A stretch of DNA of 64,000 nt from the human T2T-CHM13v2.0 reference genome, Homo sapiens, in assembly GCF_009914755.1 (NCBI RefSeq), contig NC_060948.1, one strand, 5' to 3'. Positions 15,058-31,510 of this stretch are shown here, one piece after another. The notes under the pieces are model-generated. The model saw only the letters and a list, made by a program, of their open reading frames with translations, searched no databases and was not told the DNA's origin. Each line of letters begins with the position of its first letter. The first letter of the stretch is position 1. Both the position numbers and the translations under genes were made by a program.

Positions 15058-15900
15058 TCTGTTCCAGGGAGATGGGGTTTTATCTATAAGTCCCTGACTG
15101 GGGCTGCTGCCTTTTGATCAGAGATGCCCTGTCCAGAGAGAAGAAATCTGGCAGTCTAGCCACAGTGGCCTTGCTGAGCTGCAGTGGGCTCTGCCCAGTT
15201 CGGACTTCCCCAAGGCTTTTTTTACACTGTTAGGGTTAAACAGCCTACTCAAGCCTCAGCAATGGCAGACGCCCCTCCCCCAACCAAGCTGGAGCACCCC
15301 AGGTCAATCTCAGGCTGTTGCTGTGCTGGCAGGGAGAATTTCAAGCGAGTGGATCTTAGTTTCCTGGGCTCCATGGGGGTAGGACCCACTGAGCCAGACC
15401 ACTTGGCTCCCTCGCTTCAGCACCTTTTTCCAGGGGGGTGAACAATTCTGTCTTGCTGGCATTCCATGTGCCACTGTGGTATGGAAAACAAAAACTCCTG
15501 CAGCTAGTTTGGTATCTGCCCAGACGGCTGCCCAGTTTTGTGCTTGAAACCCAGGGCCCTGGTGAGGTAGGCACTGGAGGGGGTCTCCTGGTCTGCAGGT
15601 TGCAAAGACCGCGGGAAAAGCACAGTATCTGGGCCAGAGTGCATGGTTCCTCAGGTTTAGTCCCTGAAGGCTTCCCTTGGGTAAAGGAGAAGATTCCCTG
15701 ACCCCTTGTGCTTCCCAGGTGAGGTGACAACCCACCCTGCTTCGGCTCACCCTCTGCGGGCTGCACCCACTGTCTAACCAGTCTCAATGAGATTAACCGA
15801 GTACCTCAGTTGGAAATGCAGAAATCACCCACATTCTGTGTTGATCTCTCTGGGAGCTGCAGACTGGAGGTGTTCCCATTAGACCATCTTGCCAGCAATC
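15058..15900 (-). mobile_element. L1PA7/8-type 5' UTR joined directly to the inter-ORF region (ORF1 absent)
   Basis: ggagatggggttttatctataagtccctgactggggctgctgcc ... gaaatgcagaaatcaccc ... ccatcttgccagc (YY1 site, L1 start). Confidence 0.85.
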
Positions 15901-17925
15901 CTGTTATATTGACTTTCTAAACCTCTTGTTTTCTTTTTGCCTTCTGTAACACCAATATTTGATCATTTTATGGTGTCCCATATGTCATGTAGATTTTGCT
16001 CATCTTTTTTATTCTTTTGTCTTTATTTTTGTCTGACTGGTTTATTTCAAAATACCTGTCTTCAAGTTCCAACATACTTTCTTTAGCTTGAGCTAGTCTA
16101 TATTGAAGCTTTCAAATGTATTTTGTATTTCATGCCATGTATTCTTTAATTTCAGAATTTCTGTTTGTTTGTTGTTTTAATGATATTTATCTCTTTGGTA
16201 AATTTCTTATTCATATCCTGAATTTGTTTTTCATTTCTCTGTATTTATTTTTAGTATTCTCTTGTGTCTTACTAGACTTATTTAGTACCAACATTTTAAA
16301 TTATTTTACTATAATTTTTAAAATTTATTTTTGATTGAGGTCTTCTGCTGGAGGATTGTTGTGTTCCTTTGGAAGTGTCATGTTTATTTGCTTTTTTAAT
16401 GTTTCTCATGCCCTTACATTAATATTTTTTGCATCTGCTGTAATAGTAGCTTCTTCCAATTTTAAAAATGTACTTATTTGGGAGAGGACTTTTTCCTGAA
16501 GATGTATCTATGGGGTTGGAGTAGTGTAGTCTCTGTGTGATTTCTTCATTTGTAAACAGTGTCAGTAGTATCTTATTATTTCCTCAGTACCTTAGGGTGT
16601 GGTTGATAGTAGAAACTGTGGTGAAGTTTTGCTAAAAACTGGGACACTAAGTTGGCCTGCCTTTATGCCCCAGATAGTGGTGGACTAAGCATACCTGTCC
16701 TTAGGTCCCAGGGTAATATATGCTGACACTGTTTTTAGTAGGTTCAGGCATCCTGATCTTGGGTCTCAATGTTGCTTGTTTAGTTTCCTAGGATGGCAGT
16801 GGTGGGCCAGGCAAGTAAGTGGATTCATGAGCTTCTGGGCAGTGAGTGTGGCATTGGTGATGGCAGTAGTAGTGGTGGGAAAAGCTCCAGGATCCAAACT
16901 ATCCACACTGGAATGGGTGCTGACTGTGATGGGCTAGCCAGTCTAGTCCCCAGGCCCACATGTGGCACATACAGGTGGATGCCAGCTGTAATGTTAGCAG
17001 CAGGTTGAGTGGGCATGACTTCAGACAACGGGAGGAGTACTCAGGCGCCAATAGTGGTAGACAGGGCTGGGTTATTTACAGGCTTCTTGATGACATGCTT
17101 GGGCTCTGCAGGGTTAATAGTGGGATGGACAATCACCCTGACAGGCCCCCTGGTGGTGCATGCATGTGCTGGGTGTGGTAGGCAGGAACAGGGTGATCCC
17201 CAGGCCACAGGCAAAATGCTCTTGTGAGGGTAGCAGCTGTGCCATGTCCCCGCTTCTGGGGGAGGACATGGTTGCTTTCTGTGGGAGCAGCCATAGGGAG
17301 TTGGCTGAGTGTCACACACTTCACTTGAACCTAAGCGCTGCAGCAGTACGCAAGTGGTTATAGGCAGGGAAATTTGTTCTCAGGGTGCATGAAAATGTAT
17401 CACTTCTCCTCTGCTGGGGGTCAAGGTGGCATGAGGTCACTGCTAGTGGTTCCTGCCAAACCCTGACAGTGACAGATGTGGGTGAGAAATGTCAATGGGG
17501 CTCCAGGAATGTGGAGATGCAGAGGGTGTTGAGCAGCAGGGCTGGATGTAGTCTGATTGGGGCTAGGTTCCCAAAATGGTGCCATGCTTCATTTGCTTAG
17601 GACTCAGAGGTTTGTGGGACCCAGCATAAGCTCAGTCTCTGGAGCAATGCCTTTATGTAGTCTCCAGGCAGCATTTTATGCTAATTTCAGGGCCTATGAG
17701 GCTTGAGAGGCTCTCCCATGGCTAGGATTGCAGAAGTCTGTGGTGGGACTATGGACCACTGGGTGTGTCTTTCACTTATGTTTTCCTTGCAGTAGGGAGC
17801 CTCTCCAGACTCCCAGCTGATCCCAGCCAAAAAAAAGCTGCCTTGCTTCTCTCTTTTTCTTTGTTTTCAGTGCTTCTTATCACTACTCTATTAAATTCCA
17901 GTGATCTCTCTTAGATAATTTATCC
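15901..17925 (-). mobile_element. Old L1M (L1M2/L1MA-type) ORF1 and 5' region
   Basis: T-rich reverse-ORF1 text (gtctgactggtttatttcaaaatacctgtcttcaagttc) grading into G-rich 5'UTR-like sequence. Confidence 0.65.
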
Positions 17926-17997
17926 AGTTTCTGTATTAGATATGTTTAAGACAAATTTGCATTAACATTTAAATCTTATTGGGGCTTAGTATTCTTT

Positions 17998-18195
17998 TTC
18001 ATTCAATAAACATTTGTGAAGAACAACTATTTCCTGGAGATTTTGCTAGGCATTAGGAATATAAATAAAGATAAGATGCTTTTTCCCACTTTGTGGATTT
18101 CACAATATAGTAGAAGAAAGTATGAAATTATCGCAATACAATTAGATAATTATCACATCAGAAATATTTGTCAAGTCCTGTGTGAACTGAATGAA
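17998..18195 (-). mobile_element. L2 3' end relic
   Basis: cattcaataaaacatttgtgaagaacaacta...tgctaggcattagg. Confidence 0.5.
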
Positions 18196-18494
18196 AATTT
18201 GTCTATATTTTACTTACAAAAATTCAAGGTCACTGAAGAGAAATATTACACATTAATATGTGTGAAATGTAAACCACAGATCTGGTTATCACAATTACTT
18301 AATTTAATGTTAATCTCACTTTCCATCAAGGAGCTCATGTCTTGAACAAAATAGAACCAAACCTAATGCTCATTAAGCAATCAAATTGAAATATAAATAA
18401 ATTTATTTTCAACCGGTAGAATTTTGATATTTATGTTAGCCCAGATCCTTCAAGAAGTAGAATCCAGAATGTGATTAGATGTGCAAGAGGTTTA

Positions 18495-18777
18495 TGCAAG
18501 AAATTAAAGAACATCTAAACAAATGAAAATATATTTATGTTTATTAACAAGGGGACTTAACATTGTTAAGATGTCAATACCACCAACAGCAATCTACATA
18601 TTCAATAAAATTAATGTCAAAAGTCCAACAGTATTATTTGCAAAAATGAAAAAGTTGATGATCAAATTAATATGAAACTGCAAGTAGCCTCAAAGAGCCA
18701 AAAAAAAACTTGAATAAGAAGAATAGAATTAGAGGAGTCACACTTCCCAATGTCAAAACTTCCCAATGTCAAAACTT
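18495..18777 (+). mobile_element. Old L1M ORF2 fragment; a few more bases follow the MLT2 LTR
   Basis: aagaaattaaagaacatctaaacaaatg...acttaacattgttaagatgtcaatac...cacacttcccaatgtcaaaac. Confidence 0.7.
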
Positions 18778-18799
18778 TCTCTCTCTCTCTCTCTCTCTG

Positions 18800-19343
18800 T
18801 CTCTCTAGAGGAACTGAATTAATAGGATATATGTATATATGAAAGGGAGTTTACTAAGGAGAGTTGACTCACATGATCACAAGGTAATGTCCCACGATAG
18901 ATCATCTGCAACTTTAGGAGCAACAAAGCCAACAGTGAATTAGTTCAAGTCCCAAAACCTCAAAAGTAGGGAGCTGACAGTGCAGCCTTCAGTCTGTGGC
19001 CAAAGTCCTGAAAGCCCCTGGCAAACAACTGGTGTAAGTCTAAGAGTCGAAAAGTCAAAAAATTTGGAGTCTGTTATTATAGAGCAAGAAGTATCTATCA
19101 CAGGAGAAAGATAAAGGCCAGAAGACTCAGCAAGTCTAATCTTTCCAATTTCTTCTACCTGCTTTACTCTAGCTGTGCTGGCAGCTGATTAAATGATGCC
19201 CACTCAGATTGAGGGTGGGTCTGCCTCTCCCAGTCCACTGATTCAAATGTTAATCTCCCTTGGGAACACCCTCACAGACAAACCTAGGAAAAATACTTGG
19301 CATATTTCAATCCAATCAAGTTGACATTCAATATTAACCATCA
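18800..19343 (-). mobile_element. MLT2A2-like ERVL solo LTR
   Basis: gcccctggcaaacaactggtgtaagtc ... tcaatccaatcaagttgacattcaatattaaccatca; left end merges into (CT)n at 18778-18806. Confidence 0.85.
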
Positions 19344-19369
19344 ATATACTAATTAAAACAATATGGAAG

Positions 19370-19860
19370 TCTGGAGGGGAGAGGGATGTTAGAAAGATGG
19401 CAGAGTAAGAAGCCCTAGATCTTCCTTCTTCCCACAGAAACACCAATTCAACTATAATAGTCTGATCATTTCCTTTTATGAGACATTTAGAAACCAGGTA
19501 AGAGGCTCCTACACCCCCAAGCAAGCACAATACCAACCATATTGAAAATGGTAGGAAAATTTGTGGTAGTCTATCACCTCAGTCCCTCCCTAGCACAAGG
19601 ACACACAACAGGGAGGAAACTTTTAGCTTCCAGCTTCTCACTAAAGAAGGAAAGAGAAGACTGGACCATGTTACTAACATTGTGACTTTTTGGGGAGGCT
19701 TCTGGAGTGACTGGCTTATATTTAACCTGTCTTGGAGCACTGACAGCATACTCTAGATTCCTGGAGACCAGTGCAGTCAAAAGATCCAGGCAGCATCCTG
19801 CTGTCTTAGAGGGCCCATTGAGCTTGTTTGGCCTCTTTCTCAGGGGGCAAAAGAAGACTG
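19370..19860 (+). mobile_element. Old L1M 5' UTR fragment, host of the L1PA3; resumes ~26108-26185
   Basis: aagatggcagagtaagaagccc...cacagaaacaccaatt L1-start motif; similar text continues after the L1PA3 TSD. Confidence 0.6.
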
Positions 19861-20898
19861 GGGGGGAGGAGCCAAGATGGCCAAATAGGAACAGCTCCGG
19901 TCTACAGCTCCCAGCGTGAGCAACGCAGAAGACGGGTGATTTCTGCATTTCCATCTGAGGTACCAGTTTCATCTCACTAGGGAGTGCCAGACAGTGGGTG
20001 CAGGACAGTGGGTGCAGCGCGCTGTGTGCGAGCCAAAGCAGGGCGAGGCATTGCCTCACTCAGGAAGCAGAAGGGGTCAGGGAGTTCCCTTTCCTGGTCA
20101 AGGAAAGGGGTGACAGACGGCACCTGGAAAATTGGGTCACTCCCACCCGAATACTGCACTTTTCCGATGGGCTTAGGAAACAGCTCACCAGGAGATTATA
20201 TCCTGCACCTGGCTCGGAGGGTCCTATGCCCACGGAGTCTCCCTGATTGCTAGCACAGCAGTCTGAGATCAAACTGCAAGGTGGCAGTGAGGCTGGGGGA
20301 GGGGCGCCCACAATTGCCCAGGCTTGCTTAGGTAAACAAAGCAGCCTGGAAGCTCCAACTGGGTGGAGCCCACCACAGCTCAAGGAGGCCTGCCTGGCTC
20401 TGTAGGCTCCACCTCTGGGGGCAGGGCACAGACAAACAAAAAGACAGCAGTAACCTCTGCAGACTTAAATGTCCCTGCCTGACAGCTTTGAAGAGAGCAG
20501 TGGTTCTCCCAGCACGCAGCTGGAGATCTGAGAATGGGCAGACTGCCTCCTCAAGTGGGTCCCTGACCCCTGACCCCCAAGCAGCCTAACTGGGAGGCAC
20601 CCCCCCAGTAGGGGCAGACTGACACCTCACACGGCCGGGTACTCCTCTGAGACAAAACTTCCAGAGGAACAATCAGACAGCAGCATTAGCGGTTCAGGAA
20701 AATTTGCGGTTCTGTAGACATCGCTGCTGATAACCAGGCAAACAGGTTCTGGAGTGGACCTCTAGCAAACTCCAACAGACCTGCAGCTGGGGGTCCTTTC
20801 TGTTAAAAGGAAAACTAACAAACAGAAAGGACATCCACACCAAAAACCCATCTGTACATCACCATCATCAAAGACCAAAAGTAGATAAAACCACAAAG
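19861..20898 (+). promoter_or_regulatory. L1PA3 5'UTR internal sense and antisense promoter with YY1 site
   Basis: caagatggcc YY1 motif near +12; relatively CpG-rich; promoter function is inferred from known L1 architecture. Confidence 0.75.
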
Positions 20899-21914
20899 AT
20901 GGGGAGAAAACAGAGCAGAAAAACCGGAAACTCTAAAAAGCAGAGCACCACTCCTCCTCCAAAGGAACGCAGTTCCTCACCAGCAATGGTACAAAGCTGG
21001 ACGGAGAATGACTTGGATGAGCTGAGAGAAGAAGGCTTCAAATGATCAAACTATTCCGAGCTACAGGAGGAAATTCAAACCAAAGGCAAAGAAGTTGAAA
21101 ACTTTGAAAAAAATTTAGAAGAATGTATGACTAGAATAAACAATACAGAGAAGTGCTTAAAGGAGCTGATGGAGTTGAAAGCCAAGGTTCGAGAACTACG
21201 TGAAGAATGCAGAAGCCTCAGGAGCCTATGTGATCAACTGGAAGAAAGGGTAACAGCGATGGAAGATGAAATGAATGAAAAGAAGTGAGAAGGGAAGGTT
21301 AGAGAAAAAAGAATGAAAAGAAAAGAGCAAAGCCTCCAAGAAATATGGGACTATATGAAAAGACCAAATCTGCATCTGATTGGTGTACCTGAAAGTGATG
21401 GGGAGAATGGAACCAAGTTGGAAAACACTCTGCAGGATATTATCCAGGAGAACTTCCCCAATCTAGCAAGGCAGGCCAACATTCAGATTCAGGAAATACA
21501 GAGAATGCCACAAAGATACTCCTCGAGAAGAGCAACTCCAAGACACATAATTGTCAGATTCATCAAAGTTGAAATGAAGGAAAAAATGGTAAGGTCAGCC
21601 AGAGAGAAAGGTCGGGTTACCCACGAAGGGAAGCTCCTCAGACTAACAGCGGATCTCTCGGCTGAAACTCTACAAGCCAGAAGAGAGTGGGGGCCAATAT
21701 TCAACATTCTTACAGCAAAGAATTTTCAACCAGAATTTCATATCCAGCCAAACTAAGCTTCATAAGTGAAGGAGAAATAAAATATTTTACAGACAAGCAA
21801 ATGCTGAGAGATTTTGTCACCACCAGGCCTGCCCTAAAAGAGCTCCTGAAGGAAGCACTAAACATGGAAAAGCACAACCGGTACCAGCTGCTGCAAAATC
21901 ATGCCAAAATGTAA
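20899..21914 (+). pseudogene. L1 ORF1p, disrupted
   Basis: ATG at 20899 (MGRKQSRK); in-frame TGA at 21043; later pieces SLQEIWDYMKRPNL and YPAKLSF lie in different frames. Confidence 0.92.
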
Positions 21915-21977
21915 AGACCATCGAGACTAGGAAGAAACTGCATTAACTAATGAGCAAAATGACTAGCTAACATCAAA

Positions 21978-25810
<3,833 letters not shown>

Positions 25811-26574
25811 AAAATGAGAATACATGGACACAGGAAGGGGAACATCACACTCTGGGGACTGTTGTGGGGTGGGGGAAGGGGGGAGGGATAGCTTTAGGAG
25901 ATATACCTAATGCTAAATGATGAGTTAATGGGTGCAGCACACCAGCATGGCACATGTATACATATGTAACTAACCTGCACATTGTACACATGTACCCTAA
26001 AACTTAAAGTATAATAATAATTTAAAAAGAAAAAAAAATCAAAGAAAATCTTAAAAAAACCAAAAAACAAAACAAAAAAAAACCAGAAAAGAAAAAAAAG
26101 AAGACTGAAGCATGCACATCTAATGCTCCAGGCTTTTGAGGGACTGTCTAAGGGGTTGTTTTCTGTCTAGTCTAACTTGGGGTGTTGATGTGTGTATTTG
26201 TGTGTGTATGCATATCTATGCAAAATCCCACCATACTTAGTGTTTTTTTAAATCTAGAAAGCACTCAACCAATTAGCAAAGGAGCTAGTAACAATGTTGA
26301 TTCAAAGCAAATATTAAGAAAGCTATCATTTTTTTATAGGATTCTCAGCACATTTAATCAGTCATAATTTTAAGTATAATTCATGGATATTTAGATTAGA
26401 CTCACCTTAGACATGGAAAGGCCATGGGTGTCTGCTTGTTTTGTACTGCTTCAAAGCAAGAGAAAAACAGAATTAGCCCAATTGTAAGAAGTATCTTGGC
26501 CAATTAAAACAGAATAATCAGAATGAATTATTTGTGAAGCTATTTAACAAATAATAAAACACCTCCTTTACTTA

Positions 26575-26840
26575 CTTTATTCATTCATTTAACAAATTTT
26601 GTTGAACCCTTTCTGTACAAACACACAAAATAAACCCTTACTCTCATTTAGCTTATATTCTAATACAGAAAATTTTATTCATAAAGGTGTAAATAATGGC
26701 ACAAAGTAGCATATAATTTATAGAGTAGTTGTTTAGGCAATATGCAATATAGAAATTACAATAAAAAGTAGTTTTATTTGGAAATAGGGAATACTTCGTG
26801 AAAGATTTATAAACTAACTTAATCTGGGCCCTAAAGAAAG
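26575..26840 (-). mobile_element. L2 3' end relic
   Basis: tttattcattcatttaacaaattttgttgaaccc...cccttactctcatttagcttatattcta. Confidence 0.5.
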
Positions 26841-26956
26841 GAGTATTGAGTCATTTTTCTGGCTACAGTTTTAGTTAATAAACCATTGAATTAAAAAAAA
26901 TGGTTTCACTGTGCTTTCCAAGATTGTCTCCAGATAAAGCACACTGAAAGGATATA

Positions 26957-27307
26957 CAGACAATCCCTGACTGAGGATGGTTCAACTTATTTTTTTTTAC
27001 TTGATGATGATGAAAATTCAATAGACATTCAGTAGAAACCATAATTCAGCAATTTTTTCTTAACTTTCAGTACAGCATTTGATAAATTACATGAGTTACT
27101 CAACACTTTATTTTAAAATAGCTTTGTGTTGGATGATTTTGCTCTACTATAGACTAATGTAAATGTTCTGAGCATGTTTAAGGTAGGCAAAGCTAAGCTA
27201 TGATGTTCACTAGATTAGGTGTGTTAAATGCAAGTTTGACTTACAGTATTTTCAACTTATGATGTATTTATCAAAATGTAACCCCATTATAAGTTGAGGA
27301 GTATCTG
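26957..27307 (-). mobile_element. MER47A-like MITE (TcMar-Tigger)
   Basis: ta-cagacaatccctgact ... aaccccattataagttgaggagtatctg termini; internal aggtaggcaaagctaagctatgatgttc. Confidence 0.85.
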
Positions 27308-27801
27308 AAATTTGAGTGCTCGCTAAGTGAAAGCGTGTCATTTTTCTTATAATTTTTGCTATACTGTGAGCTCCTCATAGGTAAGAGTCCCCTCTAATTC
27401 ATGTTTGCATCCTCCTTCCATTCCAACTAGCACATAATAGGCACTCTGATGTAAAGCTAAGATACTATGATCAAAAAAATTAAATCATTGAATCATTTCC
27501 TATGTTCTTTCTTTTCTATAGAATGGCCTAACTTGGAATCTAGATCAGTTTTCCCCTTTAGTTTAATGTAATGAATATAGACAAAATGTTTAAATAATTT
27601 CATAACTTTGAACATACTTTGAACTTTCTGTTAAAGAATCTTCACATTTTATTCTGTGGCACTAATCAGGCATCAGGAAAATAAAGACGTGGCATTATAT
27701 ATACATATGTGTGTGTGTGTGCGCACACGTGTGTGTATCAACAACACAACTATAACCCTACATCCTCTTTTGAGGAGGATAGTAAACTCTAACTTAAGAT
27801 T

Positions 27802-28031
27802 GGGAACATCACACACCAGGGCCTTTTGTGGGGTAGGGGGAGGTGGGAGGGATAACATTAGGAGATATACCTAATGTAAATGACGAGTTAATGGGTGCAG
27901 CACACCAACATGGCACATGTATACATATGTAACAAACCTGCACGTTGTGCACATGTATCCTATAACTTAAAGTAAAATTATATATATATACATATATATA
28001 TACATACACACACACACATATATATATATAA
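27802..28031 (+). mobile_element. Short 5'-truncated L1PA4/5 3' end; tail is now (TA)n/(CA)n
   Basis: taatgtaaatgacgagttaatgggtgcagcacaccaacatgg; TSD aagatt at 27796-27801 and 28032-28037. Confidence 0.88.
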
Positions 28032-31000
28032 AAGATTTACTCTTTGTCTAACTATGTGGCATGCCCTGTAGCCACTATTTAACAATTCTCAATTTAATCA
28101 AACTTTAAGTTTCATCATCTAGGAAATTTCAGAATGTGTTCTGTAATGGTTTTGATTTGGTAGTTGAAAAAACAAAAATCATCCTCATTACCATTACCAC
28201 AGACTCGTGAAATCATAGCATCAGAATGGGCTACAAGAAGTTATCTAGGTTTCTAGGCAGCTCTGTGCCTCCTACTTTTGGCTTGTTGCAGAATCAATCA
28301 ACACTTACCCGTGTTTTTTTTTTGTAATGGATGTCTAGAAGTCCTGGTACTTGAGCTACTCAAAAGTCACTAACAGTTTGTAAAAATTTTTTACTAAAGC
28401 AAAATTTTCTAGTAGGGAGCATTATCAAAATATACCCTTAAGATAGGTGAAAATCACAAGTGCTCTCAGTGTTACCCTGTAACATGGTAGGAGAGATCAC
28501 TAAAGTGAGCTGTGTTGTGATAAATAGACTGTATTGCCTTTCTTGGCTTCTGACCTTGATTGTTACAAAGTTTCTTCTATAACTCAAAAACAAAACTAAA
28601 TCCCAAGCTGACCAATATTGGTTTTTAACCCTGTGTTACAAATACATATAGATTCTCTGGTATGGTGGCAAAAAATAACCTGCATGAAGGAAACCATTAC
28701 CTACTTGAAGAATTTGAAGAATTAAGCCACCCTGTGAATTGTTTCCACCAAGTATACAGTTTCATTTGGACATGTGAGTAGAGTGATAAAACAGAATTCT
28801 TTACAAGAGGGTACAGGTTCATCTGATTTGAGCTACGGAGGGAGTTAAACGTTGTATCATGGTTACACCTTACTCTACCAGTGCAGTGCAGAAACAGTGA
28901 GAGTGGGCATTGATGCATAACAAAATTGGGTTTAATTTTAGCCAGTTACCAGTTGGGGGACTAAGGTCTTAATTATCTAGATTCGTGACTGGTAAATAAT
29001 AATAATGCCTATCTATAATGGATACTGAGTGCACAGTAGATGACACATAATAGGCGCTGTGTAAAGAAGGGTGCTACTCATTTTATGTTCATCATCATCA
29101 CAGCAGGCAGTAAAATTGTGATACCAATCGTTATTTTTATTTTTGTGTAAGTGGTAATTTCAAAAGTGGCTGTGATTCCTTTTTCTAGATTTTTCTCCTT
29201 CTTATTACTCTCTAGGTGTAATCACATATCTAATAAAACCATATTGGTTAACCATAAAAACATTGATTTAAAAGCCCTTTAATATTGGAAGAAATAAAAA
29301 TAGCAAAGGCATACAACCTTCCAAGCTAAAATTCTGAGTTATAAATTCAAGTGATTCAAATTGATACAAACAAAATAAAACTTTCTAAATTGCTAAAAGT
29401 GGGGAAGATTTGAACATTAGCCTCAATTTTGGAAATCAAACAACTGGAAGCCTTGCAATAGGTGGTTTGACTTTTATAAGATCAACTGGATGCTTTTAGA
29501 ATAAAAGTTTTTTTTATTTACTTTATTTGATAACCCAAATAAATGTTCATGAAATAGATGTGTTCTATATAGCAGTAGGTCATAGAGACATTGATCAGAG
29601 TGCAGGAAATAGGAAAAGATAGAGCATCGAACTGCGTATTTATATATCCAAGGTAAATGAGAACATGATTATAAGTAATATCATTTTAGGATTTACAATT
29701 CTTTTAGATTTAATATTGGATGACTAACTGTATTTTATTTTTGACAGATAATAAGTCAATTACATCTCTTTTATTATCCTGGGAGGCCTCTGACTTTGGG
29801 ATATAAAAAAAATAGAGGAAGTATTTTTTTAAAATAACCCTGGTAAGTAGATACAAACCCTCTAACAATTTAGCTTCTCATATTTTCTATTTCCTGTCTG
29901 AGACAGAGAGAAGCAACTGTGCTGCATTATCAAAAAATTAAATGAAAAATTAAAACATCAGAGAGTGTAAATGTCTGCTTCCAGTGACACAACGCTTAGT
30001 CAATATCATTTGGCTTTGCTTAGGGAGCTTATGTTTTCCTGCACATTGTAATCATCTCCGCATTAAATTACATTTGAAATAGAAAGAGAACATATGAAGA
30101 AAATGCTTAAGAAAATGAGCTATGCATCTTGACATCTCTTTCTCAAGTTCTATTCAATTTGATCATTCATAAAATATAAGCTATGCATTTTTATTCTTTG
30201 TCAACACCCACTCTCCACCTCCGCCCCTACATCCACATCCAATTAATATTTTACTGTAATTTATAAAGAAAAAGCAGTGTTATGATTGATGAGAGTAAAA
30301 AGATTTTTAGTTACACTTAACACATAAATGCAAAAAGTTTAAATGAATGATTACTAAAATAAATGTATAATTTCCACAGGGAAATACATTAAAAAAAAAG
30401 TAGAGTTGTCAAGGTAAAACTTGAGTAAGAATTTTTAAACCAAAGGGGTACCTGAACAACATTCAGAAATATTGAAACAAAAGTTTCAATCTCCATCTGA
30501 ATTTTGATTACTAGTGGAACAACCAACTAATTCCCAAAAAGAGAAGAAGAATTGCTGAGGATTTGGAAGTGGATTGGATCTCTCTCATCTAGCTATGTGT
30601 GTTACATCTCCTATTCCACAAGGTTTTCATACAAAGGAGTTGGAGAAATATTTTATTACTTTGCACCCAGAGTCAAGCTTTCTTGTATGAGTAAGAACCA
30701 GCTTCATCCAAATAGTGAACATGATTTCCAATGTGATGTTCACTACTCTTTAGTAAAATGTACCCACATACATAAGCACCTCCCTTGAATTCCTGTTGAA
30801 TCACTAAATCCTGAGATCAAGAAGTAAAAATTTCTTTTTTTTCTCTTAGTTTAGGAAGTTTTTCTGGGCAACTACCCGGCCCTACAGATGACTACTGATT
30901 AACCAATGCTACTTATAAAATAAAAAATTAAGAGGCATTATAATTATTCATCTGTATGTTCAAAGAGAGGAAATGAAGTCTGTTTAATTTTACTCCAGCT

Positions 31001-31099
31001 GAACAAGAAGCTTTATTATGGCATTTCCTCCCTCCTTCTACTTTTCCCTACCTTCCTCCCTCCATTCCTTCCTTCTTTCTTTTCCTCCCTCCCCCCTTA

Positions 31100-31510
31100 T
31101 TTTCATACCTATTTGAGTGCCTCCTTCATATCAGGCACTGTGACAGGAGAAGAAAAAACAAACAATGTAGGGCCAAAATAGGTAAAGTTCATTTCATGTG
31201 GCTGACCATCTTCTTAGGAGAAATGACATTAATCAAATTACCAATTAATTATTAATCATTACTAATAAATATTTAATTAGAACTGTAAAAACTGCAATGA
31301 AGTGGAGGAAAATGGTACTATGGCAACATAAAATAGAGATTTTACCTAGTCAAAAGCCAAAGGGAAGTTTTCACAATGGACTCTCACTTAAGAGCTAAAG
31401 GAGTAGTATGAGATAACTGAGTAAACAGGGAAAAACTATTGCAGTGGAATGCAAAATCAGTGAAAGAGAGAGCCTTACTAGAAGACCAAGGTAAAACAAA
31501 CTGCTAAATA
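31100..31510 (-). mobile_element. L2 3' region preceded by a (CCTT)-rich tract
   Basis: tatttgagtgcctccttcatatcaggcactgtg... Confidence 0.6.

Noticed and set aside
25866-25888. G-quadruplex motif
   Set aside because: Ordinary L1 3'UTR G-rich tract
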